The notes under the pieces: model-generated
Database searches by the model: none
Seen by the model: only the letters and a program-made list of their open reading frames with translations
Told to the model about the DNA's origin: nothing
Part shown: piece after piece, positions 1 through 9,832 of the stretch
Position numbering within the stretch: position 1 is the first letter of the stretch
Layout: every line of letters begins with the position of its first letter
Position numbers and translations under genes: made by a program
Origin: Anaerolineae bacterium
GTDB lineage: Bacteria; Chloroflexota; Anaerolineae; Aggregatilineales; Phototrophicaceae
Assembly (NCBI GenBank): GCA_034437835.1
Contig: DAOTTP010000335.1
Coordinates: forward strand, 23,663 to 87,662
Reading direction: 5' to 3'
DNA: 64,000 nucleotides

Positions 1-1278
1 TTGGCGAACGAGTTGGCGCGGTGGTCACGCGAACATCCTAACCCGGAGGTGCGGGCATTGACGCCCTTAGCGCCGCCAGATATTTTGCCGACGCCGCCGG
101 ATGACCCACAGCCAAATCCGGTAGATAATCCGCGCGGAATCACGCTGATGAGCGAGTTGATGTCCTCAGACTCTGAACGGAAACGGGTTGCGGCGCACAT
201 CCAAAAAGTCTTAGAGGTGGGCGGCGATATGAGCATCGCTGTATTAGTCCCACGTAACACCTCTGGCGCTGAGATGGCGAAAGAACTACAGGCGTTGGGT
301 ATTTCTTTCCATGAATTGTTGCGGACGCCGAGTTCTGCACGGCGGGCGGCGAATGTCTTGGCAGAAATCGTGCATTATCTGGCGCAACCGATTGAGATGG
401 GGCGTTTAGAACGCGCTTTTGAGGCGTGGTACGGCCTATTGGTCGATGAACCGCGCATGGCACGCGACCATAGCGGAAAGATGTTCGGATTGCTAAAACG
501 ATCTTTCTCACCAGAAGATATCTTGTTCTCAGATGAGGCGCTCATCGCGGAATCAGTCGAAAATGCTATCCGTGAAGGCGACGACGCAGTGCGGGCGTTT
601 TGGAGCTTTCGCGGTGCGATGGCGCGGTGGTTGCGGGCGGCGGTTCTACCGGTTGACCAGTTGATTTTGATGATCGGGCAAGAGGTATTCACCCAGCCGT
701 TCGACTTAGCGGTGACACACGCCCTCGCGCTTGGATTAAGGCGCATGGCCGAAAAAGAACCGGCGTGGCGGCTGCGACAGTTTGCGGCAGAGTTGGAACG
801 GATTGCCGAGAATCGACGCAGTGTTTACGGGTTGAGTGATGACATCGACGAGGCGAGCGATTCTGGCAAATCTGTCCGCGTGACCATCTCGACGATGCAC
901 CGAGCGAAGGGGTTGGAATGGGATAGGGTTTATCTGACCTCGGTCAATAACTACGATTTTCCATCTGCCGAGCCACACGACACCTATATGGGTGAACGTG
1001 AGTTTGTGCGCGGCGGGATGGATGTGGTGCAAGAGGTGGTCGCACAGCTTGAGGCGATTATGAACCCGCTGGAATTGGAATATGCCGAGGGCGAGGCGAC
1101 TCTACAGGCGCGATATGGATATGTTTCGGAGCGACTACGGTTGTTGTATGTTGGGATTACGCGGGCGCGGAAAGCTCTGTTCGTGACGTGTAACGATGGG
1201 CAGGGGCAAGCTAGGCCAGCGGCGCCTTTAATCGTGTTGGAAGCGTTTTGGAGGGAACATGGCAGTCCCACGCAGTAA
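1..1278 (+). CDS. ATP-dependent SF1 helicase, UvrD/PcrA/Rep family (C-terminal part; runs off the left edge)
   Basis: Motif V TISTMHRAKGLEWDRVYL and motif VI ERLRLLYVGITRAR; ORF is open at position 1. Confidence 0.85.
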   Translation: MANELARWSREHPNPEVRALTPLAPPDILPTPPDDPQPNPVDNPRGITLMSELMSSDSERKRVAAHIQKVLEVGGDMSIAVLVPRNTSGAEMAKELQALGISFHELLRTPSSARRAANVLAEIVHYLAQPIEMGRLERAFEAWYGLLVDEPRMARDHSGKMFGLLKRSFSPEDILFSDEALIAESVENAIREGDDAVRAFWSFRGAMARWLRAAVLPVDQLILMIGQEVFTQPFDLAVTHALALGLRRMAEKEPAWRLRQFAAELERIAENRRSVYGLSDDIDEASDSGKSVRVTISTMHRAKGLEWDRVYLTSVNNYDFPSAEPHDTYMGEREFVRGGMDVVQEVVAQLEAIMNPLELEYAEGEATLQARYGYVSERLRLLYVGITRARKALFVTCNDGQGQARPAAPLIVLEAFWREHGSPTQ

Positions 1279-2059
1279 TGCCTTCAGTCAATCCAGCTTA
1301 CAAGATTATCTGGACTGTGCGTATCGATTCCAATTGGGGTATGTGCAGATGGTGCGCTGCCCTGTGCCGGAAGCGGAACCGATTGCCGATTGGGAAGAAC
1401 GGGCGCGGCGCGGCAGTGCCTTCCATTGGATGGCGCAGCAAGTGATTGCTGGTGTGCCAGTTGAAGCGCTAGAACCCAAAAATGACGCTGAACTGTCGGC
1501 GTGGTGGGGACGCTTCAAACGCGATGCGATGCGCGGCCTGCCGCCCCGTCGGTCAGCAGAGGTCAGCCTATCTGTCCCGATTAATGGGGTGCGTCTGACG
1601 GCAAAACTTGACTTATTGGCGGTTGAGCCGGGGAAACGGGTCGTGATTGTGGACTATAAAACCCACAAGAAACAGACCCCTAAAGTGCTGAAGAATCGGC
1701 TGCAAACGCGGGTGTATCGCTATGTGGTGGCGAAGGCGGGCGCGGCATTTACAGACGGCGTGCCGGTGATTCCCGACCAAATTGAGATGCGTTATTGGTT
1801 TGCGGCGGACGCTAAACCATCGGTAACGCTGGATTATTCTCAGGCGGAATTTGAAGCCGATGAGCTTTATCTCACCGATTTAATCGCGCAAGTACAGGCG
1901 CAAACCGATTTCCCTAAGACGGATGATGTGAGCCGGTGTATTTTTTGCACGTATCGTTCGGTGTGTGACCGAGGTCAGAAGGCCGGTATCGTAGATGCTC
2001 AGGACGATGAAGGCGTGATTTTGCCCAGCATTATCGACATCACGGAATTTGAGTTTTAA
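1259..2059 (+). CDS. PD-(D/E)XK nuclease (RecB/AddB/Cas4-like) with probable Fe-S staple
   Basis: FSQSSLQDYLDC N-terminal motif, GSAFH, KLDLL, VIVDYKT, QTRVY and C-terminal CIFCTYRSVC; overlaps the helicase stop. Confidence 0.85.
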   Translation: MAVPRSNAFSQSSLQDYLDCAYRFQLGYVQMVRCPVPEAEPIADWEERARRGSAFHWMAQQVIAGVPVEALEPKNDAELSAWWGRFKRDAMRGLPPRRSAEVSLSVPINGVRLTAKLDLLAVEPGKRVVIVDYKTHKKQTPKVLKNRLQTRVYRYVVAKAGAAFTDGVPVIPDQIEMRYWFAADAKPSVTLDYSQAEFEADELYLTDLIAQVQAQTDFPKTDDVSRCIFCTYRSVCDRGQKAGIVDAQDDEGVILPSIIDITEFEF

Positions 2060-2061
2060 GC

Positions 2062-4356
2062 ATGGCTGGCGAAACCTCATGGATTCTGCGGCCAGATACC
2101 CCTATTCCAGCAGGGTTGGCGCGGTTGAAACAAGATCGGCGCGTGTTGCAACTATTGGCGCGAGTCGGTATCCAGACGGCAGAGGAAGCCTTAGCGTTTA
2201 TGGATGCCAGCCAGTATCGCCCGACTTCTGCATACGAATTGCCGGATATTGAGCGCGCCGTATCACGCACATTGGATGCGATTGACCGGCGCGAACCTGT
2301 TCTGGTATGGGGCGATTTCGACGTGGACGGCATTACGTCTACATCGCTGTTGGTTGAGGTGTTGCGAGCGGTTGGCGCCGTCGTGGAATACACCATCCCG
2401 ACGCGGTTGGAGGAAGGCCACGGGGTGCATATCCCACGGGCGATGAAATGGGTTGAACGCGGCATAAAGCTGATGATTACGGTAGACACGGGCATCTCGG
2501 CACACGCAGCGATTGACGCTCTGAATGTCGCAGGCGTTGATGTGATTGTGACCGACCATCACCAATTGTCGGAATCATTGCCTGATGCGCTGGCAAATGT
2601 GAACTCTCAACGTCTGGCGGAATCTCATCCGTTGCATGTGATGTCTGGGGCGGGCGTGGCCTATAAGTTTGCAGAGGCGATTTGCGGGCGTCTAAATCGG
2701 ACGGATTTACTACCCGCCGCGCTTGAATTGGCTGCGATTGGCCTGATTGCGGATGTCGTGCCGTTGCTGCGCGAAAATCGGTATCTGGTGCAGACGGGTC
2801 TGGCGCAACTCCGCCGGACACAGCGACAGGGGATTAAGGCGCTGTGTCATGTGGCGAAACTGATGCCTGATGTTTTGGATGAGGAGGATGTCGCGTTCCA
2901 ACTTGCGCCGCGCCTGAATGCCTTAGGGCGGTTAGCGGATGCGATTGAGGGCGTGGAATTGCTGACGACACCCGACCCTGGGCGGGCGGCGATGCTGGCG
3001 AATCAGGTCGATGCGCTGAATGTGAAACGGCGTTCTCTGACCCAACAAGTTGTCAAAGGCGCTGAATCGATGCTGCTCTCACGGCCTGACATCGCAGACA
3101 GTAGCGTGCTAGTGCTGTCGCATGAGTCGTGGCCTGCCGGTGTATTGGGGCTGGCCGCGTCTCAATTGGCGGAAAAATATGGTAAGCCGGCATTGGTCAT
3201 CCGAAGCGCCAAAGGCGAATTGGCACGCGGTTCGGCGCGTTCGGTGGAGGGGGTTAACGTCAACGCCCTATTAAATTCGCATAGTCATCTACTCACCCAA
3301 TGGGGCGGGCATGATATGGCGGCTGGGTTTGCGCTAGAGGCAAGTCACATTGAGGATTTGCGTTTGGCGCTGTCGCGGGCGGTGCGTATACAGGGCGCAC
3401 CGAGAAAATCCGATGTTTTAGAGGTTGATATCTTGCTTCCGATAGGGGAAGGCGATGTCGGCTCTGAGATACTACGACGGTTAGCGCCGTTTGGGGCGGG
3501 TTTCGCGAAGCCGCTGTTCGTCGCGCAAGGTGTGACGGTCATCAAAGAAGCCACGATTGGCCGTGATGCACAGCACCTCAAGCTAACCGTGCAAGAAGGG
3601 GAGTCTGACCCGCAAACCGTGTTGATGTGGAACACTGAGGCCGGGGGGTGGGCTGGGCGTAAAGTAGACATCGCTTATCGACTACGGGCGCGGGAAACTA
3701 GCTTAGAAATCGTTGCCACGCAAATTTTTGAGCGTGAGGATTCACCAGCGGAGCAATCCGAAGAACACGCTTTAAGCATTTTGGATTGGCGAAAACTTAG
3801 TACGGACGACATCCGGCTACAAATCGAGCAATTCGCGCAGAAGGGCTTGCGAGTCGAACAATGGCGCGAGGGGCAAGCCGAGGCTAATAGCGCGAAAAAT
3901 CACCTCCAACTTGAACCGGCGGATGTACTGGTGATATGGCACGCGCCGCCGAACCGTCAAACCCTGAAAAACGCCGTTGAGCGCACGGGGGCGGTTCAAA
4001 TTGGCATGGTTGGCTTGCCGTGTGTGTTTGATGAACTAAACGCTTTGACACAGGCCGTTTTGGGTGCGGTACGCTTTGCGGCCTTGAAACAGGATGGGGT
4101 TTTAGAGGTTGAGCGTCTGGCAGGGAGATTGGGGCATACGAGGGTTTTGGTTGAAACCGCGCTAAGATGGTTGGCGTCCGAGGGGCGTATTGCGCTGACA
4201 GAATCATCTGATAGTTGGAGAGTTGCCCCAGTGCAAGATACGCCTAACCCCAATGACGCTGCGCGAATATTAGCGTCGCTCAAAGCGATATTGGCTGAAA
4301 CCGCATCATTTAGGCGTTTTGTGCAGACAGCCGACCTCAACCGGATTTTAGGATAA
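2062..4356 (+). CDS. recJ: ssDNA-specific exonuclease RecJ with C-terminal extension
   Basis: DHH motifs GDFDVDG, TVDTG, VTDHH, IADVVPL, APRLNALGRL, GSARS, GGHDMAAG. Confidence 0.95.
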   Translation: MAGETSWILRPDTPIPAGLARLKQDRRVLQLLARVGIQTAEEALAFMDASQYRPTSAYELPDIERAVSRTLDAIDRREPVLVWGDFDVDGITSTSLLVEVLRAVGAVVEYTIPTRLEEGHGVHIPRAMKWVERGIKLMITVDTGISAHAAIDALNVAGVDVIVTDHHQLSESLPDALANVNSQRLAESHPLHVMSGAGVAYKFAEAICGRLNRTDLLPAALELAAIGLIADVVPLLRENRYLVQTGLAQLRRTQRQGIKALCHVAKLMPDVLDEEDVAFQLAPRLNALGRLADAIEGVELLTTPDPGRAAMLANQVDALNVKRRSLTQQVVKGAESMLLSRPDIADSSVLVLSHESWPAGVLGLAASQLAEKYGKPALVIRSAKGELARGSARSVEGVNVNALLNSHSHLLTQWGGHDMAAGFALEASHIEDLRLALSRAVRIQGAPRKSDVLEVDILLPIGEGDVGSEILRRLAPFGAGFAKPLFVAQGVTVIKEATIGRDAQHLKLTVQEGESDPQTVLMWNTEAGGWAGRKVDIAYRLRARETSLEIVATQIFEREDSPAEQSEEHALSILDWRKLSTDDIRLQIEQFAQKGLRVEQWREGQAEANSAKNHLQLEPADVLVIWHAPPNRQTLKNAVERTGAVQIGMVGLPCVFDELNALTQAVLGAVRFAALKQDGVLEVERLAGRLGHTRVLVETALRWLASEGRIALTESSDSWRVAPVQDTPNPNDAARILASLKAILAETASFRRFVQTADLNRILG

Positions 4357-4398
4357 AAAAGCTGCGCTCACAATGTTTCATGTGAGCGCGGCTTTCTT
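4355..4398. terminator. Bidirectional intrinsic terminator
   Basis: AAAAAAGCTGCGCTCACA-loop-TGTGAGCGCGGCTTTCTT between convergent genes. Confidence 0.8.
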
Positions 4399-4409
4399 AA
4401 TGATGAGTT

Positions 4410-5612
4410 TTAGAATTGCGGCGCAGATGTCACGAGCAAGTCGAGGCGTTCGCCGATAGCGCGGAACGCGGTTAAGGCACGGTCTAGGTGTTCGCGGGTA
4501 TGGGTCGCCATATAGCTGGTGCGAAGCAGGCTCATGTTAGGTGGGACGCCGGGCGGGATGACTGGGTTGGTGTAGACGCCTTCATCAATCAAAGCACGCC
4601 ACGCTAAAATGGTGCGGAATTGGTCGCGGATGATGACCGGTATAATCGGGGAGTTGCTCTGACCGATGTCATAGCCAATATCGCGCAGACCTTCACGCAT
4701 ATAGTCGGCGTTTTCCCATAAACGCGCCACGCGCTCTGGCTCTTTTTCCATGATATCGAGCGCAGCTAACGCAGCAGCAGCGGCGGGTGCGGGCAAGGCG
4801 GCAGAGAAAATCAGGGCGCGGGCGTGGTGCTGAATATAGTGGACGACATCTTTGCTGCCAGCGATAAAGCCGCCAATTGAGGCAAAACTTTTGCTGAACG
4901 TCCCCATAATCAGGTCTACTTGGTCGGTGAGGCCAAAATGGGCAGCTGTCCCACGGCCTTTGCCGGTCACGCCGATTCCGTGGGCATCATCAACCATGAT
5001 ACGTGCGCCGTAGCGCTTGCAGACGGCAACGATTTCCGGCAGTGGCGCAACATCGCCACCCATGCTGTAAACGCCATCGACGATGACCAATTTACCGGCC
5101 TCGGCGGGCAATTCCGCAAGGACTCTTTCTAGACTGCTGATGTCATTATGGCGGAAACGCTTCATCTCGCCACGACTGAGCATACAGCCGTCTACGATGC
5201 AGGCGTGGGCGTCCTTATCAATGATGACGTAATCGCCTTTGCCGACAAGCGCTGAGATTGTGCCGACATTGGTTTGGTAGCCGGTAGAGAACACAAGCGC
5301 GGCCTCCTTACCGATGAAATTGGCAAGGCGACGGTCTAGCTCTAGGTGGAGTTCCAAGGTCCCGTTCAGGAAGCGAGAACCAGTGACGCTCGTCCCGTAG
5401 CGCTCCAGCGCATCTTTGGCGGCTGCGCGGACACGCGGGTCTGTGGTCAGGCCAAGATAGTTGTTTGAGCCAATCATCACAACTTCTTTGCCTTCAAACG
5501 TGGCGGTTGTACCTTCTGAGTCGCTTAATGCGCGAAAATAGGGGTAAATCCCCAGTTCAATAGCTTCTTTGGCTTGGGTAAAGCTGCTGGCTTTATCGAA
5601 GATGTCGGTCAC
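4410..5612 (-). CDS. Alpha-oxoamine synthase family PLP enzyme, serine palmitoyltransferase-like
   Basis: GIYPYFR N-terminus, GSNNYLGL, GSRFLNGT, VDGVYSMGGD, DDAHG and PLP-Lys motif GTFSKS. Confidence 0.85.
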   Translation of the reverse strand: MTDIFDKASSFTQAKEAIELGIYPYFRALSDSEGTTATFEGKEVVMIGSNNYLGLTTDPRVRAAAKDALERYGTSVTGSRFLNGTLELHLELDRRLANFIGKEAALVFSTGYQTNVGTISALVGKGDYVIIDKDAHACIVDGCMLSRGEMKRFRHNDISSLERVLAELPAEAGKLVIVDGVYSMGGDVAPLPEIVAVCKRYGARIMVDDAHGIGVTGKGRGTAAHFGLTDQVDLIMGTFSKSFASIGGFIAGSKDVVHYIQHHARALIFSAALPAPAAAAALAALDIMEKEPERVARLWENADYMREGLRDIGYDIGQSNSPIIPVIIRDQFRTILAWRALIDEGVYTNPVIPPGVPPNMSLLRTSYMATHTREHLDRALTAFRAIGERLDLLVTSAPQF

Positions 5613-5846
5613 GACGAATGCCCCGTTAGGTTGTCACAATGATATGGCGCACAGAATACGAGTAAGTTTCAGGATTTGAGGTAGATATACGACAATCCAT
5701 AGTTAAGGCGCTTGTAGCAGGCAAGTTTAGCGTGAGATGGTCGACTTAACAAGTTGAACTCGCGGTATCACGCTTGCGGGAAGGGCGTCAGATACGTTAC
5801 AATTGGTTGAACTTTGAACGTGTGAGCGTGATTTTTGGAGCGGGCA

Positions 5847-6086
5847 ATGTCTTCACTGCTGTTACGCCGTGTTGTGGTCTGGACCGTCAGCATGGTTCTG
5901 GGAGCGCTAATCGGTTGGCTAATCATCACCTTTGTGCTGCCGGGACTCAGCCCGGATAAGAACGCGAAAGCGATTTCGATAGCGGAATACGGCATCATCT
6001 ATTTCTTGGTGACGGTTGTGCCGTTGGGGTTGATTTTCGTGACTTGGTTGGATTACTTCCTTGACACGCGGATTTGGCCGGACTAA
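5847..6086 (+). CDS. Small two-helix membrane protein, hypothetical
   Basis: GGAG SD before ATG 5847; two hydrophobic segments; followed by a terminator. Confidence 0.7.
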   Translation: MSSLLLRRVVVWTVSMVLGALIGWLIITFVLPGLSPDKNAKAISIAEYGIIYFLVTVVPLGLIFVTWLDYFLDTRIWPD

Positions 6087-6109
6087 CGGCACCGTTAAAT
6101 CAAGCACTT

Positions 6110-6141
6110 CAAAAAGAGCCTCAGAGACGAGGCTCTTTTTG
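6110..6141 (+). terminator. Intrinsic terminator
   Basis: CAAAAAGAGCCTC-AGAGAC-GAGGCTCTTTTTG. Confidence 0.8.
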
Positions 6142-6257
6142 TTTGAGTCGACTCCGTGTGAAGAGAGGTTTAGAGACAGCTTTATATTTCGCGTAGTCAT
6201 TACACACAACACTCCTGATAGTTTTTGCAAGATTGAATGACCTATATTCCTCTTATC

Positions 6258-7547
6258 ATGACTAACCAAAGAAACTCTCAACTCTCAAAGTTCTATAAAC
6301 GCACGATTGACGAACGGCGCGAGGCTATTAGCCATTGGGTCGGGTCTGATGTTGATGTGAACGCGCTGCTGGCACAAAACCTGACATCTCTGCAAGCCGA
6401 CAGCATGGTTGAAAACGTCATCGGGACGTATGCTTTACCGATGGGAATTGCGACCAACTTTCAGATTAATGGGCGTGATTATCTCATCCCGATGGTGGTT
6501 GAAGAACCATCGGTCATCGCGGCTGCGAGTAATGCCGCTAAGATGTTTCGGGCTGGTGGTGGTTTTCACACCAGCAGTGATGAACCGGTGATGATTGGTC
6601 AAATCCAAGTTCTGGATGTGGAAAACCCGACACAAGCTGCCCAGAATATCTTGGATGCCAAATCAAAACTTCTTGCTAAAGCTGATGAGTTAGGGGGTAG
6701 CATCCTAAAGCGGGGTGGTGGAGCGCGTGATATAGAGGTGCGCGTCTTTGAATCCACCGAGGTCGGGGCAATGGTGGTGGTTCATCTGTTGATGGATACT
6801 CGAGACGCGATGGGTGCGAATGCTATCAATACGGCGGTAGAGCATATCGCGCCTGATATTGCTCAATTGACGGGTGGGCGGACTCATCTTCGGATTCTGA
6901 GCAACTTAACAGACCATCGGAAAGCCAAAGCTTGGGGGATTGTACCTGCGTCTGAACTCTCGAAGGATGGGGGTAATGGGCATGATGTCGTTAAGGCCAT
7001 CGTCGAAGCGTCTGTTTTTGCAGAAGTTGACCCGTATAGAGCCACGACGCACAACAAAGGCGTTATGAATGGAATCGATGCCGTGGTGATTGCCACAGGA
7101 AATGACTGGCGGGCGGTAGAGGCTGGCGCACACGCCTTTGCTGCACGTCGTGGCTCGTATACTAGCCTGTCACGGTTTAGAGCGAATGATTCCGGTGATT
7201 TGGTTGCTGAGATTGAGATGCCATTGGCGGTAGGAACGGTTGGGGGGGCGACGCGAGTCCACCCGCTGGCGCAACTGTCTTTGAAAATCCTCGGCGTAAC
7301 CTCTGCGCGTGAATTGGCTGAGGTGATACTCTCGGTTGGGTTGGCGCAGAACTTCGCGGCGGTGAAAGCTTTAGCGGGGGAGGGCATCCAGCGCGGACAC
7401 ATGCGACTGCACGCCAAACAACTCGCACTCGCAGCCGGTGCAAGCGTCGAGATGGTTCCATCAATTGTGGAGACGCTCATCCGTGAAAACATGATTCGTT
7501 TAGAACGGGCGCAGGCGCTCGTGAAACAACTCAAAGGTGAGGGGTAA
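6258..7547 (+). CDS. mvaA: HMG-CoA reductase, class II
   Basis: ENVIG, EEPSVIAA, DAMGAN, THNKG.MNGID, GTVGG, GIQRGHM; start could be 6237 or 6258. Confidence 0.93.
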   Translation: MTNQRNSQLSKFYKRTIDERREAISHWVGSDVDVNALLAQNLTSLQADSMVENVIGTYALPMGIATNFQINGRDYLIPMVVEEPSVIAAASNAAKMFRAGGGFHTSSDEPVMIGQIQVLDVENPTQAAQNILDAKSKLLAKADELGGSILKRGGGARDIEVRVFESTEVGAMVVVHLLMDTRDAMGANAINTAVEHIAPDIAQLTGGRTHLRILSNLTDHRKAKAWGIVPASELSKDGGNGHDVVKAIVEASVFAEVDPYRATTHNKGVMNGIDAVVIATGNDWRAVEAGAHAFAARRGSYTSLSRFRANDSGDLVAEIEMPLAVGTVGGATRVHPLAQLSLKILGVTSARELAEVILSVGLAQNFAAVKALAGEGIQRGHMRLHAKQLALAAGASVEMVPSIVETLIRENMIRLERAQALVKQLKGEG

Positions 7548-7553
7548 AGTTCA

Positions 7554-8645
7554 ATGAGTACGAATGGACATACGACTGACCCGCAGAATGGGTCGTTGCT
7601 GATGCAGCCGATTCGCAAGGTCGGGATTGTAGGATACGGCGCATACGTGCCGCGCTATCGACTGCCCGGAACGGAAGTCGCACGCATCTGGACGAAGGGA
7701 TTGGGCGGTAGCCCCATCAAGGAAAAAGCGGTTGCCGGACTCGATGAAGATGTCACTACAATGTCGATTGAGGCCGCCCGGAACGCTGTCGCACGCGCCG
7801 CAATCGACCCTAAGCTGATTCGGGCGGTTTGGGTCGGGAGTGAGAGCCACCCGTATGCGGTCAAGCCGACCAGCACCATTGTGGCTGAAAGCATTGGTAC
7901 ATCGGCCAACATCCAAGCAGCGGACTGGGAATTTGCGTGTAAGGCGGGTACGGAAGCCGTGCAAGCCTCCATCGGGATGATTGGGAGCGGGATGAATGCC
8001 TATACCCTGAGTATCGGTATGGATACGGCGCAAGGTCGCCCCGGTGATGCTCTGGAATATACGGCGGCTTCTGGCGGCGCGGCGTTTCTGCTCGGCCCGG
8101 CGGATGAATCAGTGGCGATTTATCAGGGTAGCTACAGTTTCGTGACTGATACGCCCGATTTCTGGCGGCGCTCTGGCGAGACCTATCCCACACATGGAGA
8201 CCGCTTCACGGGTGAGCCTGCGTACTTCAATCACACCTTGAGTTCTGCACGTACTCTGATGGAACTGATGGGGACGACGGCGCAAGATTATACCCACGCG
8301 GTATTTCATCAACCGAATGTGAAATTTCCATCACGCGCCGCGCAGATGCTAGGATTCAACGATGAGCAGATTAAGCACGGCTTGTTGGCCGGTGAAATTG
8401 GCAACGTGTATTCCGGGTCGTGTATGACCGGGTTGACCGCCATCCTCGACATCGCTAAAGCGGGAGACCGTATTTTGATGGTGAGCTATGGTAGCGGCGC
8501 GGGTTCTGACTCGTTTGACTTGGTGGTGACAGACCGAATCGAAGCGGCACGCCACCGCGCACCCAGCACATGGGATTACATCAACCGCCGGACTGTGATT
8601 GATTATGCGACCTATTGCCGTTACCGTGGCAAGTTGAAGGACTAG
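7554..8645 (+). CDS. HMG-CoA synthase, archaeal type
   Basis: [25 protein letters not shown], catalytic [21 protein letters not shown]. Confidence 0.93.
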   Translation: MSTNGHTTDPQNGSLLMQPIRKVGIVGYGAYVPRYRLPGTEVARIWTKGLGGSPIKEKAVAGLDEDVTTMSIEAARNAVARAAIDPKLIRAVWVGSESHPYAVKPTSTIVAESIGTSANIQAADWEFACKAGTEAVQASIGMIGSGMNAYTLSIGMDTAQGRPGDALEYTAASGGAAFLLGPADESVAIYQGSYSFVTDTPDFWRRSGETYPTHGDRFTGEPAYFNHTLSSARTLMELMGTTAQDYTHAVFHQPNVKFPSRAAQMLGFNDEQIKHGLLAGEIGNVYSGSCMTGLTAILDIAKAGDRILMVSYGSGAGSDSFDLVVTDRIEAARHRAPSTWDYINRRTVIDYATYCRYRGKLKD

Positions 8646-9815
8646 ATGACGATGCGAGATGTAGCGATTGTCGGGATTGGTCAAACCCCGGTAGGTGAAC
8701 ACTGGGGGGCAAGCCTGCGTGAATTGGGCGCTGATGCGGTTTTGGCGGCTTTAGCCGATGCCGGACTCAGTAGCGCGGATGCGTTGATAGTCGGGAATGC
8801 GTTCGGAGCGTCATTCAGCAGTCAGACCCAATTGGGTGCGTTGATTGCGGATTATGCCAACCTCAACCCGATTGAAGCGTGGTCGGTTGAAGCCGCTGAT
8901 GCGTCTGGCGGAGCAGCGCTCAGGGCGGGGTATATGGCCGTTGCATCAGGTTTGGCGGATGTCGTGGTCGTGGTTGGAGTCGAAAAATCGACGGACAGCA
9001 TCGCACAGACGCGGGTGATGGCGCGTAACGTCGCGTTAGATGCCGATTATGAGGCCGCGCATGGCTTGACGCAAACCGCACAAGCGGGTTTGGTGATGCG
9101 GCGCTATTTGTATGAGTATGGCGTTGAATTGGGCGCGTTCGAGGGCTTTAGCATCAACGCGCACGCCAACGCCAAAGGCAACAAGAACGCGATGTTCCAA
9201 AACCAAATCAAGCCGGGGGCATTTGCCAGAGCTTCTATGGTGGCCGATCCTGTGAATCTGTTTGACGGCGCACCAGATGCTGATGGCGCAGCCGCTGTTG
9301 TCCTCATGTCAGCAGATGCAGCTCGTGACTTGGGAAAACCTGCTGTCTTGATTGCTGGTAGCGCCGCCGCAACAGACCGGTTGACCTTGCATGAGCGCCA
9401 AGATTTGCTGTATTTGACCGCTGTTGCGGAATCGACCCAAAAGGCGCTTGCTCAGGCGGAAGTGGCGCTAGGGGATGTACAGGTCATGGAATTGCACGAT
9501 AGCTATACCATCATGACCACTCTGGCGTTAGAGGCGATGGGTTTTGCGGCGCGGGGTCGGGGTTGGGCGTTGGCGGCCAATGCCGGTGAGATGTTTCGCC
9601 CGACGGGTAAGTTGCCCATCTCTACGTTTGGGGGACTTAAGGCTCGTGGCAATCCGGTTGGCGCAACTGGCGTCTATCAGGCCGTGGAAGCCTGTTTGCA
9701 ACTGCGCTGTCAAGCCGGAGTGCATCAAGTCCCACAAGCTCACACCGCGCTCATTCAGTCGATTGGCGGCTTCGGTAGCACGGTAGTAACACACGTTTTG
9801 CGCCTGCTAGACTGA
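8646..9815 (+). CDS. Thiolase-superfamily protein (archaeal acetoacetyl-CoA thiolase-like) with non-canonical active site
   Basis: Thiolase scaffold (VAIVGIGQTP, VVGVEK, DGAAAVVL, GGLKARG, GATG); fingerprints read VEAADASG, HDSY, GNP. Confidence 0.85.
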   Translation: MTMRDVAIVGIGQTPVGEHWGASLRELGADAVLAALADAGLSSADALIVGNAFGASFSSQTQLGALIADYANLNPIEAWSVEAADASGGAALRAGYMAVASGLADVVVVVGVEKSTDSIAQTRVMARNVALDADYEAAHGLTQTAQAGLVMRRYLYEYGVELGAFEGFSINAHANAKGNKNAMFQNQIKPGAFARASMVADPVNLFDGAPDADGAAAVVLMSADAARDLGKPAVLIAGSAAATDRLTLHERQDLLYLTAVAESTQKALAQAEVALGDVQVMELHDSYTIMTTLALEAMGFAARGRGWALAANAGEMFRPTGKLPISTFGGLKARGNPVGATGVYQAVEACLQLRCQAGVHQVPQAHTALIQSIGGFGSTVVTHVLRLLD

Positions 9816-9832
9816 TAGTCTGTGAGAGACAG

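Noticed and set aside
1259..2059. Cas4 or a CRISPR system
   Set aside because: No repeat-spacer array or other cas genes; the context is DNA repair.
5613..5846. Riboswitch or ncRNA in the larger spacers (also 48316-48557 and 45477-45623)
   Set aside because: No recognisable aptamer consensus or strong structure by eye; an Rfam/Infernal scan would be needed to exclude one.
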